From positions 4,387,745-4,451,744 of the forward strand of contig NC_068981.1 of assembly GCF_001194135.2 (NCBI RefSeq): DNA of 64,000 bases, read 5' to 3'. Below, in pieces: positions 1 to 12,015 of this stretch (position 1 is the stretch's first letter; each line of letters opens with the position of its first letter). The notes under the pieces were generated by a model. That model did no database searches and was not told the origin of the DNA. It saw only the letters and a program-made list of their open reading frames with translations. The stretch comes from Octopus bimaculoides. Taxonomy: Eukaryota. The translations under genes and the position numbers were made by a program.

Positions 1-177
1 TATTTCTCAAAATACAATGTTTATATACCAAAAAGATTTTCTAACATTTTTATAACATTTTTCAGACATAATTTAAATATATACTTTAACCAAGTAACAC
101 AAGCCTTCTGTAGTTTTTTCACTCTTATTATCTTTTATACATCCAACCACGTGCTTTCACATACCAATTTTCTCACC

Positions 178-208
<31 letters not shown>

Positions 209-260
209 ATATGATAGATAGTTAGATACATATGCACACACACACACATACATACATATG

Positions 261-540
261 CGAGGGTGCATGGACTAGTGGTTAGAGTGTTGCACTTACA
301 ATTGCGAGATCATGGTTTCAATTCCTAGATCAGGTGGTGCATTGTGTTCTTGAGCAAAACACTCCATCTCATTTTGCTCTACGATCACTTTGACACCTGA
401 TGCATGGCACACGTGATGCATGACACACCGTACACCCATTCAGGCAACATCAATTTGATGGAGAGAGAGTGAGCTAATGAACAACACATGCATTTGATCA
501 CAATAAACAGATCATTTGTACAGCTTGTTCTGCAAAAGCC
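261..540 (+). mobile_element. tRNA-derived SINE, head type B (degenerate)
   Basis: A-box-like TGGACTAGTGG, B-box-like GGTTTCAATTCC, then TGTGTTCTTGAGCAAAACAC. The same head recurs at 15948, 20428(-), 28548(-), 50203, 55631(-) and 62672(-). Confidence 0.65.
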
Positions 541-777
541 AAACACGCATACGTCATCTTTGATGGAAGAGTCCATCATACACACATACACGTCTGTATG
601 TGTATGTTTGTATCTCTTTGTCTTGACCTTCTGTGATAGCTGTAAATAACTGTCCCTGTCCTACAAGCAGTGTCATTCATTTTCAATCTTCTGTGAAAAC
701 CTGACTGACCATGGAGGGAAATATTTCCTTCCTTATTTACATTTGACGGATATTTGTCCTCATCTTGTTTGTTGTTA

Positions 778-821
778 ACACAATGTTTCGGCTGATATAC
801 CCTCCAGCCTTCATCAGGTGT
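778..821 (-). ncRNA. Minimal type I hammerhead ribozyme motif (degenerate stem III)
   Basis: The minus strand reads ACAC-CTGATGA-A-GGCTG-gagggtatat-CAGCC-GAAA-CATT-GTGT: stem I ACAC/GTGT, conserved core, 5-bp stem II. Confidence 0.55.
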
Positions 822-971
822 CTTGGGGAAATTTCGAACCTAGGTTCTCATTCCTAAGGTAATTTTTCAATGTTATTATTATTATTATAGACCTGAATAA
901 TAATAATAATAATTATAATAACATCAAAAAATACCTTACGAACAAGAACCCAGGTTCGAAATTTCCCCAAG

Positions 972-1015
972 ACACCTGATGAAGGCTGGAGGGTACATCA
1001 GCTGAAATGCTGTGT
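972..1015 (+). ncRNA. Minimal type I hammerhead ribozyme motif (degenerate)
   Basis: Reads ACAC-CTGATGA-A-GGCTG-gagggtacat-CAGCT-GAAA-TGCT-GTGT. Combining both arms, the consensus reconstructs as GAAACGTT/GTGT. Confidence 0.5.
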
Positions 1016-1177
1016 TAACAACAAACAAGATGAGGACAAATATCTGTCAAATGTAAATAATGTACATAATTCCTCATCTTTTAAATATAGAACTGAATAT
1101 TTCCTTCCTTGGAAAGAGGTGATGGTTGGTGACAGGAAAAGCATCCAGCCATAAAAGAAAAAATGTTCCTCAGTAAA

Positions 1178-1960
1178 TGGGAATTGCTTATTGTGTTGAA
1201 GTGGATAATGACAGGGTGGTCCAACATGCATTGTAATGTGCTTGACAACTTCTCCTAAAAGTGATTGGCAAAGCAATGGCCTGTTTCCACAACATAAAGA
1301 ATGGCGCAAAGTTTACAATGTCAGAAGATCTGCAACAGAAGTTTTAGGTAATGTGGTACTGTAACTTAGGCCCAGTGATGGTTGTAGTGTTCTTAATGTA
1401 GAGGCAGGTGTTGCATTGTTGGGAAGCACACATAAAAGTGGCCGACTGTGTGTGGCTGGGCAGTTTGAAGCTTAGAACGAGAAGGTTGCTGAGGATGCTG
1501 TCTGTCTTGGAGGTGAGGAAAGACTGGAATGGTCATGGGATCAGAAAGTAGGATTTGGAAGAGACAGATGGATTTTGTGTTTCAATGGAAGGATGCATGG
1601 GTAGAATGTGAGAAGGAAAGTGATCTCCAGTTGTGGAGAGGGTCATAGAGCCCACCCTGCACACTGTTTGGGCCTGGCAGAGCGCAGGATCCAAAACTGA
1701 TCCAGAATACTCGCAATTCACAAAGAAATGTTGCATTCTCTTGCTTTGGGACACAGAATCTGAGTCAATGCTGGCAGAGTTTGTGATGCTGAAGGAATCG
1801 AAAGAATGGAATGGTGAGTCTGGAGTATTTGGAGTGAGAAGTGTGAACATTAGTCGGCTTGTAACGGGATGGGAGGCAGACCAACGGATTGTGTTTGTGA
1901 CGATGGAAATATCTGAAAAAAACGGAGATGTCGGATACAGTGGAGCCAAATTCACCCAAC
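1178..1960 (-). mobile_element. Degenerate Penelope-like element ORF remnant (RT thumb plus GIY-YIG region)
   Basis: Translation across frameshifts and stops gives YKPTNVH..., MQHFFVNCEYSGSVLDPAL, CASQQCNTCLYIKNTTTITGPKLQYHI, ILYVVETGHCFANHF*E and HPVIIHFN. This motif order is typical of Penelope-like elements. Confidence 0.7.
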
Positions 1961-2541
1961 CATAAACAAGAGGTAAGTAGGATTTCATAAACATTTTCCT
2001 CTTCTGTTTTATTTTTCTAAAAAGATTTAGTTTTAATATCAACGTGTTCCCAATGTCATATTTTATAGAAACCCAAGTTATTTCCCCTTGTCCAGATTTC
2101 TCTCTGTATAACCTGTTCGAGTAGAAATTTTAATATCGAAACTGTTTTTGATTCCATATCCTTACCATTCGGAGAGATTCTTATAAAATCTAAAACTGTG
2201 CAGCAGCCGCCTTCACTTTCAGAAACATTTTTTCAGGATCAGAATTGTCAAAACACGGAATATACTTTGGGTGACAGATTAATGTTCGTTTCCAGTCTTC
2301 CTTGAACAAAACATCATGTTTGACCATGTAGGAATATACTACTTTGCTTGAAAATGTGAAGCTTGATGACAGGAAGGGTGTCCAGGCATATAACAAACGG
2401 CCTCAACAAATTATGTCTGACCCATGATGCAAAAGTGGACGCTAAAACGATGGTGGTGGTGGTGGTCAGTCTGGACATTGCATTCTTCAAAACCCAATTC
2501 TATGCTTCCTGAAATTCACCAACATTAATCTCGACTTGTCT

Positions 2542-2909
2542 CTTTTACTTGTTTCAGTCATTTGACTGCAGCCATGCTGGAGCACCGCCTTTAGTCGAGC
2601 AAATCGACCCCAGGACTTATTCTTTGGAAGCCTAGTAATTATTCTATCGGTCTGTTTTGCCGAACCACTAAGTGACGGGGACATAAACACACCAGCATCG
2701 GTTGTCAAGCAATGCTAGTGGGGACAAACACAGACACACACATATATATACGACGGGCTTCTTTCAGTTTCCGTCTACCAAATCCACTGACAAGGCCTTG
2801 GTCAGCCCGAGGCTATAGTAGAAGACACTTGCCCAAGGTGCCACGCAGTGGGACTGAACCTGGAACCATGTGGTTGGTAAGCAAGCTACTTACCACACAG
2901 CCACTCCTG
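2542..2909 (-). mobile_element. Full-length tRNA-derived SINE, family A
   Basis: Head GAGTGGCTGTGTGGTAAG...GGTTCAGTCCCACTGCGTGGCACCTTGGGCAAGTGTC, central (TA/GT)n, and 3' end GTCAAATGACTGAAACAAGTAAAAG. Many copies occur in the window. Confidence 0.85.
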
Positions 2910-3096
2910 TCTATCCACTCTTTTGTCTTCATGACTCTTAATGTTCATTTCTCAGTCTCTCTGTGAATTGTGTACCTTTTTTAGCTTCCATTGCTGTCTT
3001 TCTTTAACTTCTCTGTCTATTTTCTGTCCCTTCTTTTAGCTTTTTTTCCCAATGAGTTGTAGTTTACCAGATTGAGTATTGTATACAATAGGATTA

Positions 3097-3310
3097 AGGC
3101 AGTGAGCTGGCAGAATTGTTAGCACACCAGGCAAAATGCCAAGTGGCAATTCGTCTGCTGCTACGTACTAAGTTCAAATTCCACCAAAGTCGACTTTGCC
3201 TTCCGTCCTTTTGGGAGTCGATAAATTAAGTACCAGTGAAATACTGGGGTTGATATAATTAACTAGTCCCCTCTTCCAAAATTTCAGGCCTCGTGCCTTT
3301 AGTAGAGAGA
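3097..3310 (+). mobile_element. tRNA-derived SINE, family C (Deu/Nin-like core)
   Basis: GAGCTGGCAGAA head and a GACTTTGCCTTCCGTCC...GTCGATAAATTAAGTACCAG core shared with 29595-29823. Confidence 0.7.
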
Positions 3311-3319
3311 CGTCCCCTT

Positions 3320-3648
3320 ACTGGCATCTGTTCCAGTGGCACTTGAAAAACAACATTTGAGTGTGGTCGTTGCCAGTGCCGCTGGACTGGCCCCTCTGCA
3401 GGTGGCATGTAAAAAATAACCATTTGAGTGTGGTCGTTGCCAGTATCACCTGACTGGCGCTTCATGTCAGTGGCATGTAAAAGCACCCACTACACTCTCG
3501 GAGTGGTTGGCATTAGGAAGGGCATCCAGCTATAGAAACCTTGCCAGATCAGATTGGAGCCTGGTGCAGCCTCCTGGCTTGCCAACCCTCTGTCAAACCG
3601 TCCAACCCATGCCAGCAAGGAAAGCAGACGTTAAACAATGGTGATGAT
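3320..3648 (+). mobile_element. 5'-truncated RTE LINE 3' end
   Basis: Hairpin-repeat units, then GAGTGGTTGGCATTAGGAAGGGCATCCAGC and a (GAT)n-like tail. Same sequence as the 3'UTR joined to the RTE ORF at 7857-8587. Confidence 0.75.
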
Positions 3649-3954
3649 TATTATTATTATTATTATTTAAAATGGTGGGCAGTTGCTTCATTAGTGTGTC
3701 AGTCAAAATGGTTATAGCAGCTCTTTCTGAGTTCAAATCCCACCAAGGTTAACTTTACCTTTCATCCTTCTGGCATTGATGAGGTAAGTACCATCTGAGC
3801 ACAAACCTTTCAGGCCTTGTGCCTATGGTGGAAAGCAGAAGCAGGAAAGTCAATTAGATCGATCCCGGATGCGCAACTGGCACTTATTTTATCAACTTTG
3901 AAAGGGTATGAAGGGCAAAGTCAACCCCGTTGCTATTTGAACTCAGAAAGTCCA

Positions 3955-4217
3955 CTCTGCTGAAGGCTTGGTGTTGGGAAGGGCATCCAGCTGTAAAAAC
4001 CTTGCCAAAACTGACCTCTCCTGTGCTTGTGCCATGTAAAAAGCACGAAGTTCACTCTGCTGAGTGGTTGGTGTTAGGAAGGGCATCCAGCTGTAAAAAC
4101 CTTGCTGAAACAGTTACAGAAGTCTGGCGCAGGCTTCTGCCCAGTTGGCTGTTGTCAAACCACCCCAACCGTGCCAGCATGAAAGGCGGACGTTAAACAA
4201 TGGTAATGATGATGATG
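3955..4217 (+). mobile_element. RTE LINE 3' end with internal duplication
   Basis: Two copies of GGGAAGGGCATCCAGCTGTAAAAACCTTGC; ends GGACGTTAAACAATG(ATG)n. Confidence 0.65.
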
Positions 4218-4453
4218 AACGTAAAGATAGCCGCCAAGCATTTTGTCTGGCATGCTAACAATACTACCAATTCATAGCATAACACACAGTCTTGCTAATA
4301 TCCTACTCCATTGCTTCAACTCAGTAAGTTTTTTTATTCCTGTTAATTTGAATATTTCTGTATGCACAAAGCTAGTAATATTTGACCTCCACAGCATTGA
4401 CTCTTAATACAGTTCAAAGACTAACTTGAAAAGATCGATGTAAACATAGAACC

Positions 4454-4858
4454 AGGCATGGCTGTGTAGTAAGAAGCTTGCTTCCCAACCACAAGGTTCC
4501 AGGTTCAGTCCCGCTACATGCTACTTTAGGCAAGTGTCTTCTATTTAAGTTTCGGGCCAACCAAAGCCTTGTAAGTGGATTTTGGTTGATGGAAACTGTA
4601 GGAAGCCTGTCATATATATATATATATATATATATATTTATTTATATCTCCATGTGTATGTGTGTATTTGTCCCCCACTGCTGCTTGACAATCAGTGTTA
4701 GTGTGTTTACATCCCTGTAACCTAGTAGTTCAGCAAAAGTGATCGATAGAATAAGAACCAGGCTTAGAAAAATATAAGTATTGGGGTTAATTCATTTGAC
4801 TGAATATTCATCAAAGTGGTGCCCCAGCATGGCCACAGAATAATGACTAAAAGATAGA
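4454..4858 (+). mobile_element. SINE family A
   Basis: Same head, central (TA)n and tail as 2542-2909, moderately diverged. Confidence 0.75.
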
Positions 4859-5563
4859 GATATAATTATTCTGGTTNNNNNNNNNNNNNNNNNNNNNNNN
4901 NNNNNNNNNNNNNNNNNNNNNNNNNNNNNNNNNNNNNNNNNNNNNNNNNNNNNNNNNNNNNNNNNNNNNNNNNNNNNNNNNNNNNNNNNNNNNNNNNNNN
5001 NNNNNNNNNNNNNNNNNNNNNNNNNNNNNNNNNNNNNNNNNNNNNNNNNNNNNNNNNNNNNNNNNNNNNNNNNNNNNNNNNNNNNNNNNNNNNNNNNNNN
5101 NNNNNNNNNNNNNNNNNNNNNNNNNNNNNNNNNNNNNNNNNNNNNNNNNNNNNNNNNNNNNNNNNNNNNNNNNNNNNNNNNNNNNNNNNNNNNNNNNNNN
5201 NNNNNNNNNNNNNNNNNNNNNNNNNNNNNNNNNNNNNNNNNNNNNNNNNNNNNNNNNNNNNNNNNNNNNNNNNNNNNNNNNNNNNNNNNNNNNNNNNNNN
5301 NNNNNNNNNNNNNNNNNNNNNNNNNNNNNNNNNNNNNNNNNNNNNNNNNNNNNNNNNNNNNNNNNNNNNNNNNNNNNNNNNNNNNNNNNNNNNNNNNNNN
5401 NNNNNNNNNNNNNNNNNNNNNNNNNNNNNNNNNNNNNNNNNNNNNNNNNNNNNNNNNNNNNNNNNNNNNNNNNNNNNNNNNNNNNNNNNNNNNNNNNNNN
5501 NNNNCACAATATTTTAACAATATTTCTTATACAATTCCTAATAATATTTAATCATCTTACCGG

Positions 5564-5870
5564 CACATGAAAAACAACATTCAAGTGTGGCTGTTGCCAG
5601 TGCTGCCAGACTGTGGCTCCTGTGCAGGTGGCACGTAAAATACACCATTTTGAGCGTGGCTGTTGCCAGTACCGCCTGACTGGCCCTCGTGCCGGTGGTA
5701 CGTAAAAGCACCCACTACACTCTCTGAGTGGTTGGCGTTAGGAAGGGCATCCAGCTGTAGAAACTTTGCCATATCAGACTGGAGTCTGGTGCGGCCTCCT
5801 GGCTTGCCAGTCCCCACTCAAACCGTCCAACCCATGCTAGCATGGAAAGCGGACATTAAACGATGACAAT
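5564..5870 (+). mobile_element. RTE LINE 3' end
   Basis: Tandem hairpin units and the conserved 3' terminus CATGGAAAGCGGACATTAAACGATG. Confidence 0.75.
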
Positions 5871-5880
5871 AATGTTGAAA

Positions 5881-6262
5881 GGTGCAGGCATGGCTGTGTG
5901 GTAAGAAGCTTGCTTCCGAACCACACCGTTCCGAGTTCAGTCCCACTGTGTGGCACTTTGGGCAAGTGTCTTCTACTTTAGCCTTAGGCCGAACAAAGCC
6001 TTGTGAGTGGATTTGGTAGACAGAAACTGAAAGAAGCCCATTATATATATATGTAAATGTTTGTGTGTGTGTTTGTTCCCCCACCATTGCTTGACAACCG
6101 ATGTTGGTGTGTTTACGTCCCCCGTAACTTAGTGGTCCTGCAAAAGAGACCAATAGGATAAGTACTTGGCTTACAAAGAATAAGTCCTGGGGTCAATTTG
6201 TTCAACTAAAGGTGGTACTCCAGCTTGGCCACAGTCAAATGACTGAAACGAGTAAAAGAATA
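5881..6262 (+). mobile_element. Full-length SINE family A
   Basis: GGTGCAGGCATGGCTGTGTGG head through the GACTGAAACGAGTAAAAG tail. Confidence 0.8.
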
Positions 6263-6427
6263 GAATTTTCTTAAACATAAAATGGTTGAGGGTCCATAGG
6301 CAGAAAAACAATTGAGAACCACTGGGCTAAACCATTTCACCAAAACTCAGCAAATAAACCCTTTTTTTCTTTTTTTTACCAATAGCCAATAACATTACAA
6401 ACAGGAACATATCCAGATATCCATTTC

Positions 6428-6740
6428 CACGTGTAAAGACATTCGAGTGAGTTCGTTGCCAGTGCCGCCGAACTGGCTCCTGTGCAGGTGGCATGTAAAA
6501 TACACCATTTTGAGCGTGGCCGTTGCCAGTACCGCCGGACTGGCCCTCATGCCGGTGGCACGTAAAAAGCACCCACTACACTCTCGGAATGGTTGGCGTT
6601 AGGAAGGGCATCCAACTGTAGAAACTCTGCCAGATCAGATTGGAGTCTGGTGCAGCCATCTGGTTCACCAGTCCTCAGTCAAATCGTCCAACCCATGCTA
6701 GCATGGAAAGCGGACGTTAAACGACGATGATGATGATGAT
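6428..6740 (+). mobile_element. RTE LINE 3' end
   Basis: Conserved 3'UTR and (GAT)n tail. Confidence 0.8.
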
Positions 6741-7856
6741 CTGATCCCTCCTGAGGTTTTATTTTTCCCTGTAATTAAGATCTGGTTTTAATCAGAAATA
6801 ATGCAGTGAGTTGGTAGCATGTATAAAGCACCTGTGCTAGTGCCACATAAAAAGTATTGATGCTGAAGCCATGTAAAAGAGCATTCAGTACATTCTAAAG
6901 TGGTTGGCATTAGGAAGGGCATCTGGCCATAGAAACCATGTCAATGCTGATATTGGTGCTTGGCACAGCCCTCTGGCTCACCAGCTCCTGTTAAACCATC
7001 CAACCTATGCCAGCATGGAAGATGGATGTTAAAGGATGGTGATACACATTTAAGGTTCTTGCTTGAGAAGAAGACCCATCAAGCTGAGCAAAATTGCAAA
7101 TGTGGCAGATACCAGTGTCATGTAAACGCACCCCTGTGTCACGCAAATGGTACCCGTGCCAGTGGCACATAAAAGCAACCATTACACTCTCGGAGTGGTT
7201 GGTGCTAGGAAGGGCATCCAGCTGTAGAAACCATGTCAAATCAGACTGGAACCTGGCACAGCCTTCCAGCCCTGGTCAAACTGTTCAACCCATGCCAGCA
7301 TGGACAGCGGACGTTAAATGATGATGATGATGACAGACACAAATGTAGCTGAGTGGCTTTGAGTTCAATCCTAATAAACAGGGCATTGGGCAGTTGTCTC
7401 ACTATTGTGCTGGATCAACGAAAGCTTAGTGAGTTGATCTGGTAAATGGAAACTTGAAAGAAGCCCATTGTGTAATATGTGTGTTTATAGGTCATGGGTC
7501 CCCTTGCTTTGACATCCCACGACGGTCATAAAACAAGCATCATAGTCAGACAAATGATGGTGTTTGTTTCCAGTCTTTAATAAAAAGAAAAACATTTCTG
7601 GGTGAAGGGAAATGTTCGTTGCTTGAAAACAAAAGAGGATTGGCAACAAGGGAGGTTGATGTTGCAGTCATGCTGGAGCATTGCTTTGAAGCATGAATTG
7701 ACCCTAGCTTTTTTTTTTTTAAAGCCTGGTACTTATTCTATCGGTCTCTTTTGCTGAACCACATGGTTATGGGAATGTAAACATACTAACACCAGTTCTC
7801 AAGCCTTGGGGTGTGGGACAAACACACATAAACAATGGGCTTCTTTCAGTTTCCTC

Positions 7857-8587
7857 CATCATCATCATCATTTAATGTCCGTTTTCCATGCTGGCATAGG
7901 TTGGATAGATTGACTGGGGTCTGGGAAGCCAAAAGGCTGCACCAGGTTCCAATCTGATCTGGCAGTGTTTCTACAATTGGATGCCCTTCCTAATGCCAAC
8001 CACTCTGTGAGTGTAGTGGGTGTTTTTTACATGCCACTGGCACAGGGGCCAGGCAACGACCACGATCGGTTGGTGCTTTTTACGTGCCACCGGCACAGGA
8101 GCCGTTCAAGGTGGCACTGGCATTGGCCACATTCAGATGGTGTTTTTCACATGCCACTGGCACGGGGATCACAATTACAATTTCCATTTGATTTTGATTT
8201 TGATGTACTTGACTCAATAGGTCTCCTCAAGCACAGCATGTTGCCTTATGATCCAAAGGTACTTTTTGAGTGGGCTGGTTATGCGACCCTGGTGTAGACT
8301 ACGGCTGTGATCTCATTTTCCTTGCCGGGTCTTCTCAGTCACAGCATACCTCCAGAGGTCTCAGTCTTTTGTCATTGCCTCTGTGAGGCCCAACATTTGA
8401 AGGTCATGCTCGACCACCTCATTCCATGTCTTCCTGGGTCTACCTCTACCCCAGATCCCTTCCACTGTCTGGCAGTGGCACTTCTTCACACAGCTCTCCT
8501 CATCCATACATAGTACATGACCATACCAGCGCAGTCGTCTCTCTTGCACGCCACATCCAATGCTTCTTATGTCCAACATTTCTCTCC
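7857..8587 (-). mobile_element. RTE-clade LINE 3' fragment (ORF2 C-terminus, 3'UTR and tail)
   Basis: ORF 8361-8587 reads VQERRLRWYGHVLCMDEESCVKKC...EGIWGRGRPRKTWNEVVEHDL, typical of RTE ORF2 C-termini. It is contiguous with the repeat 3'UTR and (GAT)n tail. Confidence 0.85.
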
Positions 8588-8671
8588 ATGAATTTGAAAT
8601 AAAGGCAGAAAACAAAAATGAAATTCTTAAATCAATTAAAGAAATCAACAAATATCAACAATAGAAACAAG

Positions 8672-8677
8672 TTTATT
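8672..8677 (-). promoter_or_regulatory. Candidate poly(A) signal of the minus-strand gene
   Basis: AATAAA on the minus strand, followed downstream by a very U/GU-rich tract (TTGTTGATATTTGTTGATTTCTTT). Inference only. Confidence 0.3.
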
Positions 8678-11439
8678 GTTTGAAAGTTGGGGTTGTTTTT
8701 TGTTTGTTTTTTTTTTGTTTTGCTTTTTGTTTTGTTTTTGTTTTTTACCTGAGGCCCTTATGAGATGTCCACATCAAAAGAGAGAGATTGTGAGTGAGTC
8801 CTCTCTTCCGAAGTTCAGCTAAAACCTGTTGAATCTATTTATGGCTCACACATGACAATTTGAAACACCCAAGACGAAATAGTTTTAGTACAACAGTCAT
8901 CGTATCCATACAGATAATCTAAAAAGTGGGGTGGGATGGGTGGAAAATTAGAAAAAAAAAAAAAGAAAAGGTTTAGAAAGTCAAACAAGCTATTTAAAAA
9001 AAAAACAATGCTCATTGCCAACAAAAAAAGAAAAATGATAAATAATCCTTTGTAGTGATGACATGTGAATATGCTTAGAGAGGTACATTATATCTTGGGA
9101 GACAAAAAAAAAGATGAAATTGTTTATAGAGGCAGTGGAAAAAAAAATGTCCTACTTTAATTCTATTGCCTTTTGTTTGTTTTTGTTTGTTTTTTTTTAA
9201 ATTTTTAAAATTTAATTTTTCTTCAATAGGTGTAAAAAATATGTGAAGTATTTTAATGAGTAAAAGGATCCATCCANNNNNNNNNNTCCCCTGAAGACAG
9301 AAAAAGAGACAAAAAAAAAAAAAGAAAAAGAAATGAAGTGTATTTTTTTTTTGCTAAATAATATTACATCGTTGGATTATAATTTAAGATGAGATCTTGT
9401 TTGAAATATAATTAAAAAAAAAAAAAAATGGTGAACATTTTCCTATTCCAACAAAGAGATCACATAGTGAATAGGAATTTAAATGGTAATTCAGATCAGA
9501 GACTGGATTACAGTAGCAATCCAGTGTTACCCCACTTTCAGTCGAGTAAGTTCCTAAATATTGTAAAAATGAATGATCCTTTTTGTTTTTTTTTAAATTC
9601 CACATTTAACGACACAAGGAACAGGTTAGTTCTAATGTCAAGACTGTCCAATGCCAAAGGCAAGAACTGAGATTCTAAACTGTTCAGTGAGCAAAACTAA
9701 TGAACTAAAATCGTGTCCAGCAACAGAATTCCAGGTTTAAGAAGTGTTACCTACAAATGGAGATTACAAGTTGAATAAAATTGTTGCTGTAAAATCATAG
9801 AAGAATACATTATTATTATTATGATTATTATTAATATTATTTATAATAATGAAGGTTAAAAGTATCGACACGCATCCTATATACAGGGAATACAATCTTA
9901 ATAAAGAATTAATTTGAACAAAATTAATGATCGACGACAAATAAATTAAGTCTGGTGATTGCCCCTCCTCAACCGTTACTAAAGAGAGCTTTGTAGAGTT
10001 ACATTGGTTGTTGATGTTGCTTACTCTAACACAGCAGTTAATATTTCAATTCTGGCCTATACTGTGTGACAAGGATTTACAAATTCTGCACAGAACTTCC
10101 CAGTAATAAGAAGAAGAAAAAAAAAATATTTCAAAAACAAAAAGAAAATAATAATAAAAAAAAAAGAAAAACGTTTACACTCACAAACAAATTGATGCTA
10201 GTTTACCAAATGTTTTCATTGCTAAATAATCAAAACTTAATTCATTAAGATTAATTATTTATCTTCTTTGATTTTTAAAATTTTTTTTATTGCAAACTTT
10301 GAAATGCAGCCTTTTTTTTACTTTTTTTTAAATTCAATTTTTTTTTTTTTTTTTTTTTTTTTTNNNNNNNNNNNNNNNNNNNNNNNNNNNNNNNNNNNNN
10401 NNNNNNNNNNNNNNNNNNNNNNNNNNNNNNNNNNNNNNNNNNNNNNNNNNNNNNNNNNNNNNNNNNNNNNNNNNNNNNNNNNNNNNNNNNNNNNNNNNNN
10501 NNNNNNNNNNNNNNNNNNNNNNNNNNNNNNNNNNNNNNNNNNNNNNNNNNNNNNNNNNNNNNNNNNNNNNNNNNNNNNNNNNNNNNNNNNNNNNNNNNNN
10601 NNNNNNNNNNNNNNNNNNNNNNNNNNNNNNNNNNNNNNNNNNNNNNNNNNNNNNNNNNNNNNNNNNNNNNNNNNNNNNNNNNNNNNNNNNNNNNNNNNNN
10701 NNNNNNNNNNNNNNNNNNNNNNNNNNNNNNNNNNNNNNNNNNNNNNNNNNNNNNNNNNNNNNNNNNNNNNNNNNNNNNNNNNNNNNNNNNNNNNNNNNNN
10801 NNNNNNNNNNNNNNNNNNNNNNNNNNNNNNNNNNNNNNNNNNNNNNNNNNNNNNNNNNNNNNNNNNNNNNNNNNNNNNNNNNNNNNNNNNNNNNNNNNNN
10901 NNNNNNNNNNNNNNNNNNNNNNNNNNNNNNNNNNNNNNNNNNNNNNNNNNNNNNNNNNNNNNNNNNNNNNNNNNNNNNNNNNNNNNNNNNNNNNNNNNNN
11001 NNNNNNNNNNNNNNNNNNNNNNNNNNNNNNNNNNNNNNNNNNNNNNNNNNNNNNNNNNNNNNNNNNNNNNNNNNNNNNNNNNNNNNNNNNNNNNNNNNNN
11101 NNNNNNNNNNNNNNNNNNNNNNNNNNNNNNNNNNNNNNNNNNNNNNNNNNNNATATAAAGTAACGAATAAACTAGTTTATATATACACACCCACACACAC
11201 ACATGCACACCCCCTATAATGTGGATAGTGAAAAAAAAAATCATTTCTTCCAAAGTGTTATTTGCAAATGATGCACTCACAATATACAGCACTAACTTTA
11301 AGTAAACGTTTACAGACAGAAATATTTATTTTGTAGTAAAATGACATGGAGAGTTAACTAAAACTGACTTAGCTAAAAATTCCAATAAATATTACATTAG
11401 AAACTAGCATTAACTAATAGTAACAACAATAATAATAAT

Positions 11440-11640
11440 GGTTTTTCAAATTTTGGCCCAAGGCCATCAAATTTGGGGAAAGGGTAAGTCAATCCTATTG
11501 ACCCCCAGCGCTCAACTGGTACCCTTGGCTGGGAGAGCTAATGGTTCTGGCAGCAAAGGTGGTTTTGAGGGGAGAAGGGGACAGGCCAGTTGATTACATC
11601 AACCCCAGGATTTGACTGGTACTTACATTTTATTGACCCC
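11440..11640 (-). mobile_element. SINE family C fragments
   Basis: Reverse complement of the family C 3' part (ACCCCCAGCGCTCAACTGGTAC), partly duplicated. Confidence 0.5.
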
Positions 11641-12015
11641 CCCTTTCCCCTATTCATGACAAACATTTTCATAAGCCTAACCAAGCCATCTTGTCAACAC
11701 ACCCAAGTATTTAATTACTGGATTAACAGCAGTAAAATATTTTAATTTGTTCTTTAAGTTTATTGTTTCTTTAGGATTATTTATTATCCTTAATTAGAAT
11801 AAGTTAATCTTATATCAGTAATAAATATATCTTAATGAATGACAAAAGAAAAGGAGTCATGTAATCACATTCATTAGCTTACAGCAGTTTCTGCCATAAG
11901 CTATAGGATGTTACATAAGCACTCAGCTCTGAATGCAGAGCTTCTTATAACAGAATTATGAGACTCCTGTTCTTTTGTCATTCGTTAATAACTCACCTAA
12001 CACTGAACTTGAAAG

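Larger units (their letters stand above)
735..1095. mobile_element. Penelope-like-element-derived foldback insertion with two hammerhead motifs
   Basis: 733-~880 is the reverse complement of ~918-1060. A perfect 15-bp direct repeat AATATTTCCTTCCTT at 720-734 and 1096-1110 flanks it and splits a SINE 3' module. Confidence 0.75.

Noticed and set aside
2190-2396. Minus-strand ORF KHDVLFKEDWKRTLICHPKYIPCFDNSDPEK with a nearby GTAAGG
   Set aside because: No frame stays open to the donor and no homology is recognisable. Probably a decayed transposon.
9502-9525. Hairpin ACTGGATT-ACAGTAGC-AATCCAGT as an iron-responsive element
   Set aside because: It lacks the CAGUGN loop and bulged C on either strand.
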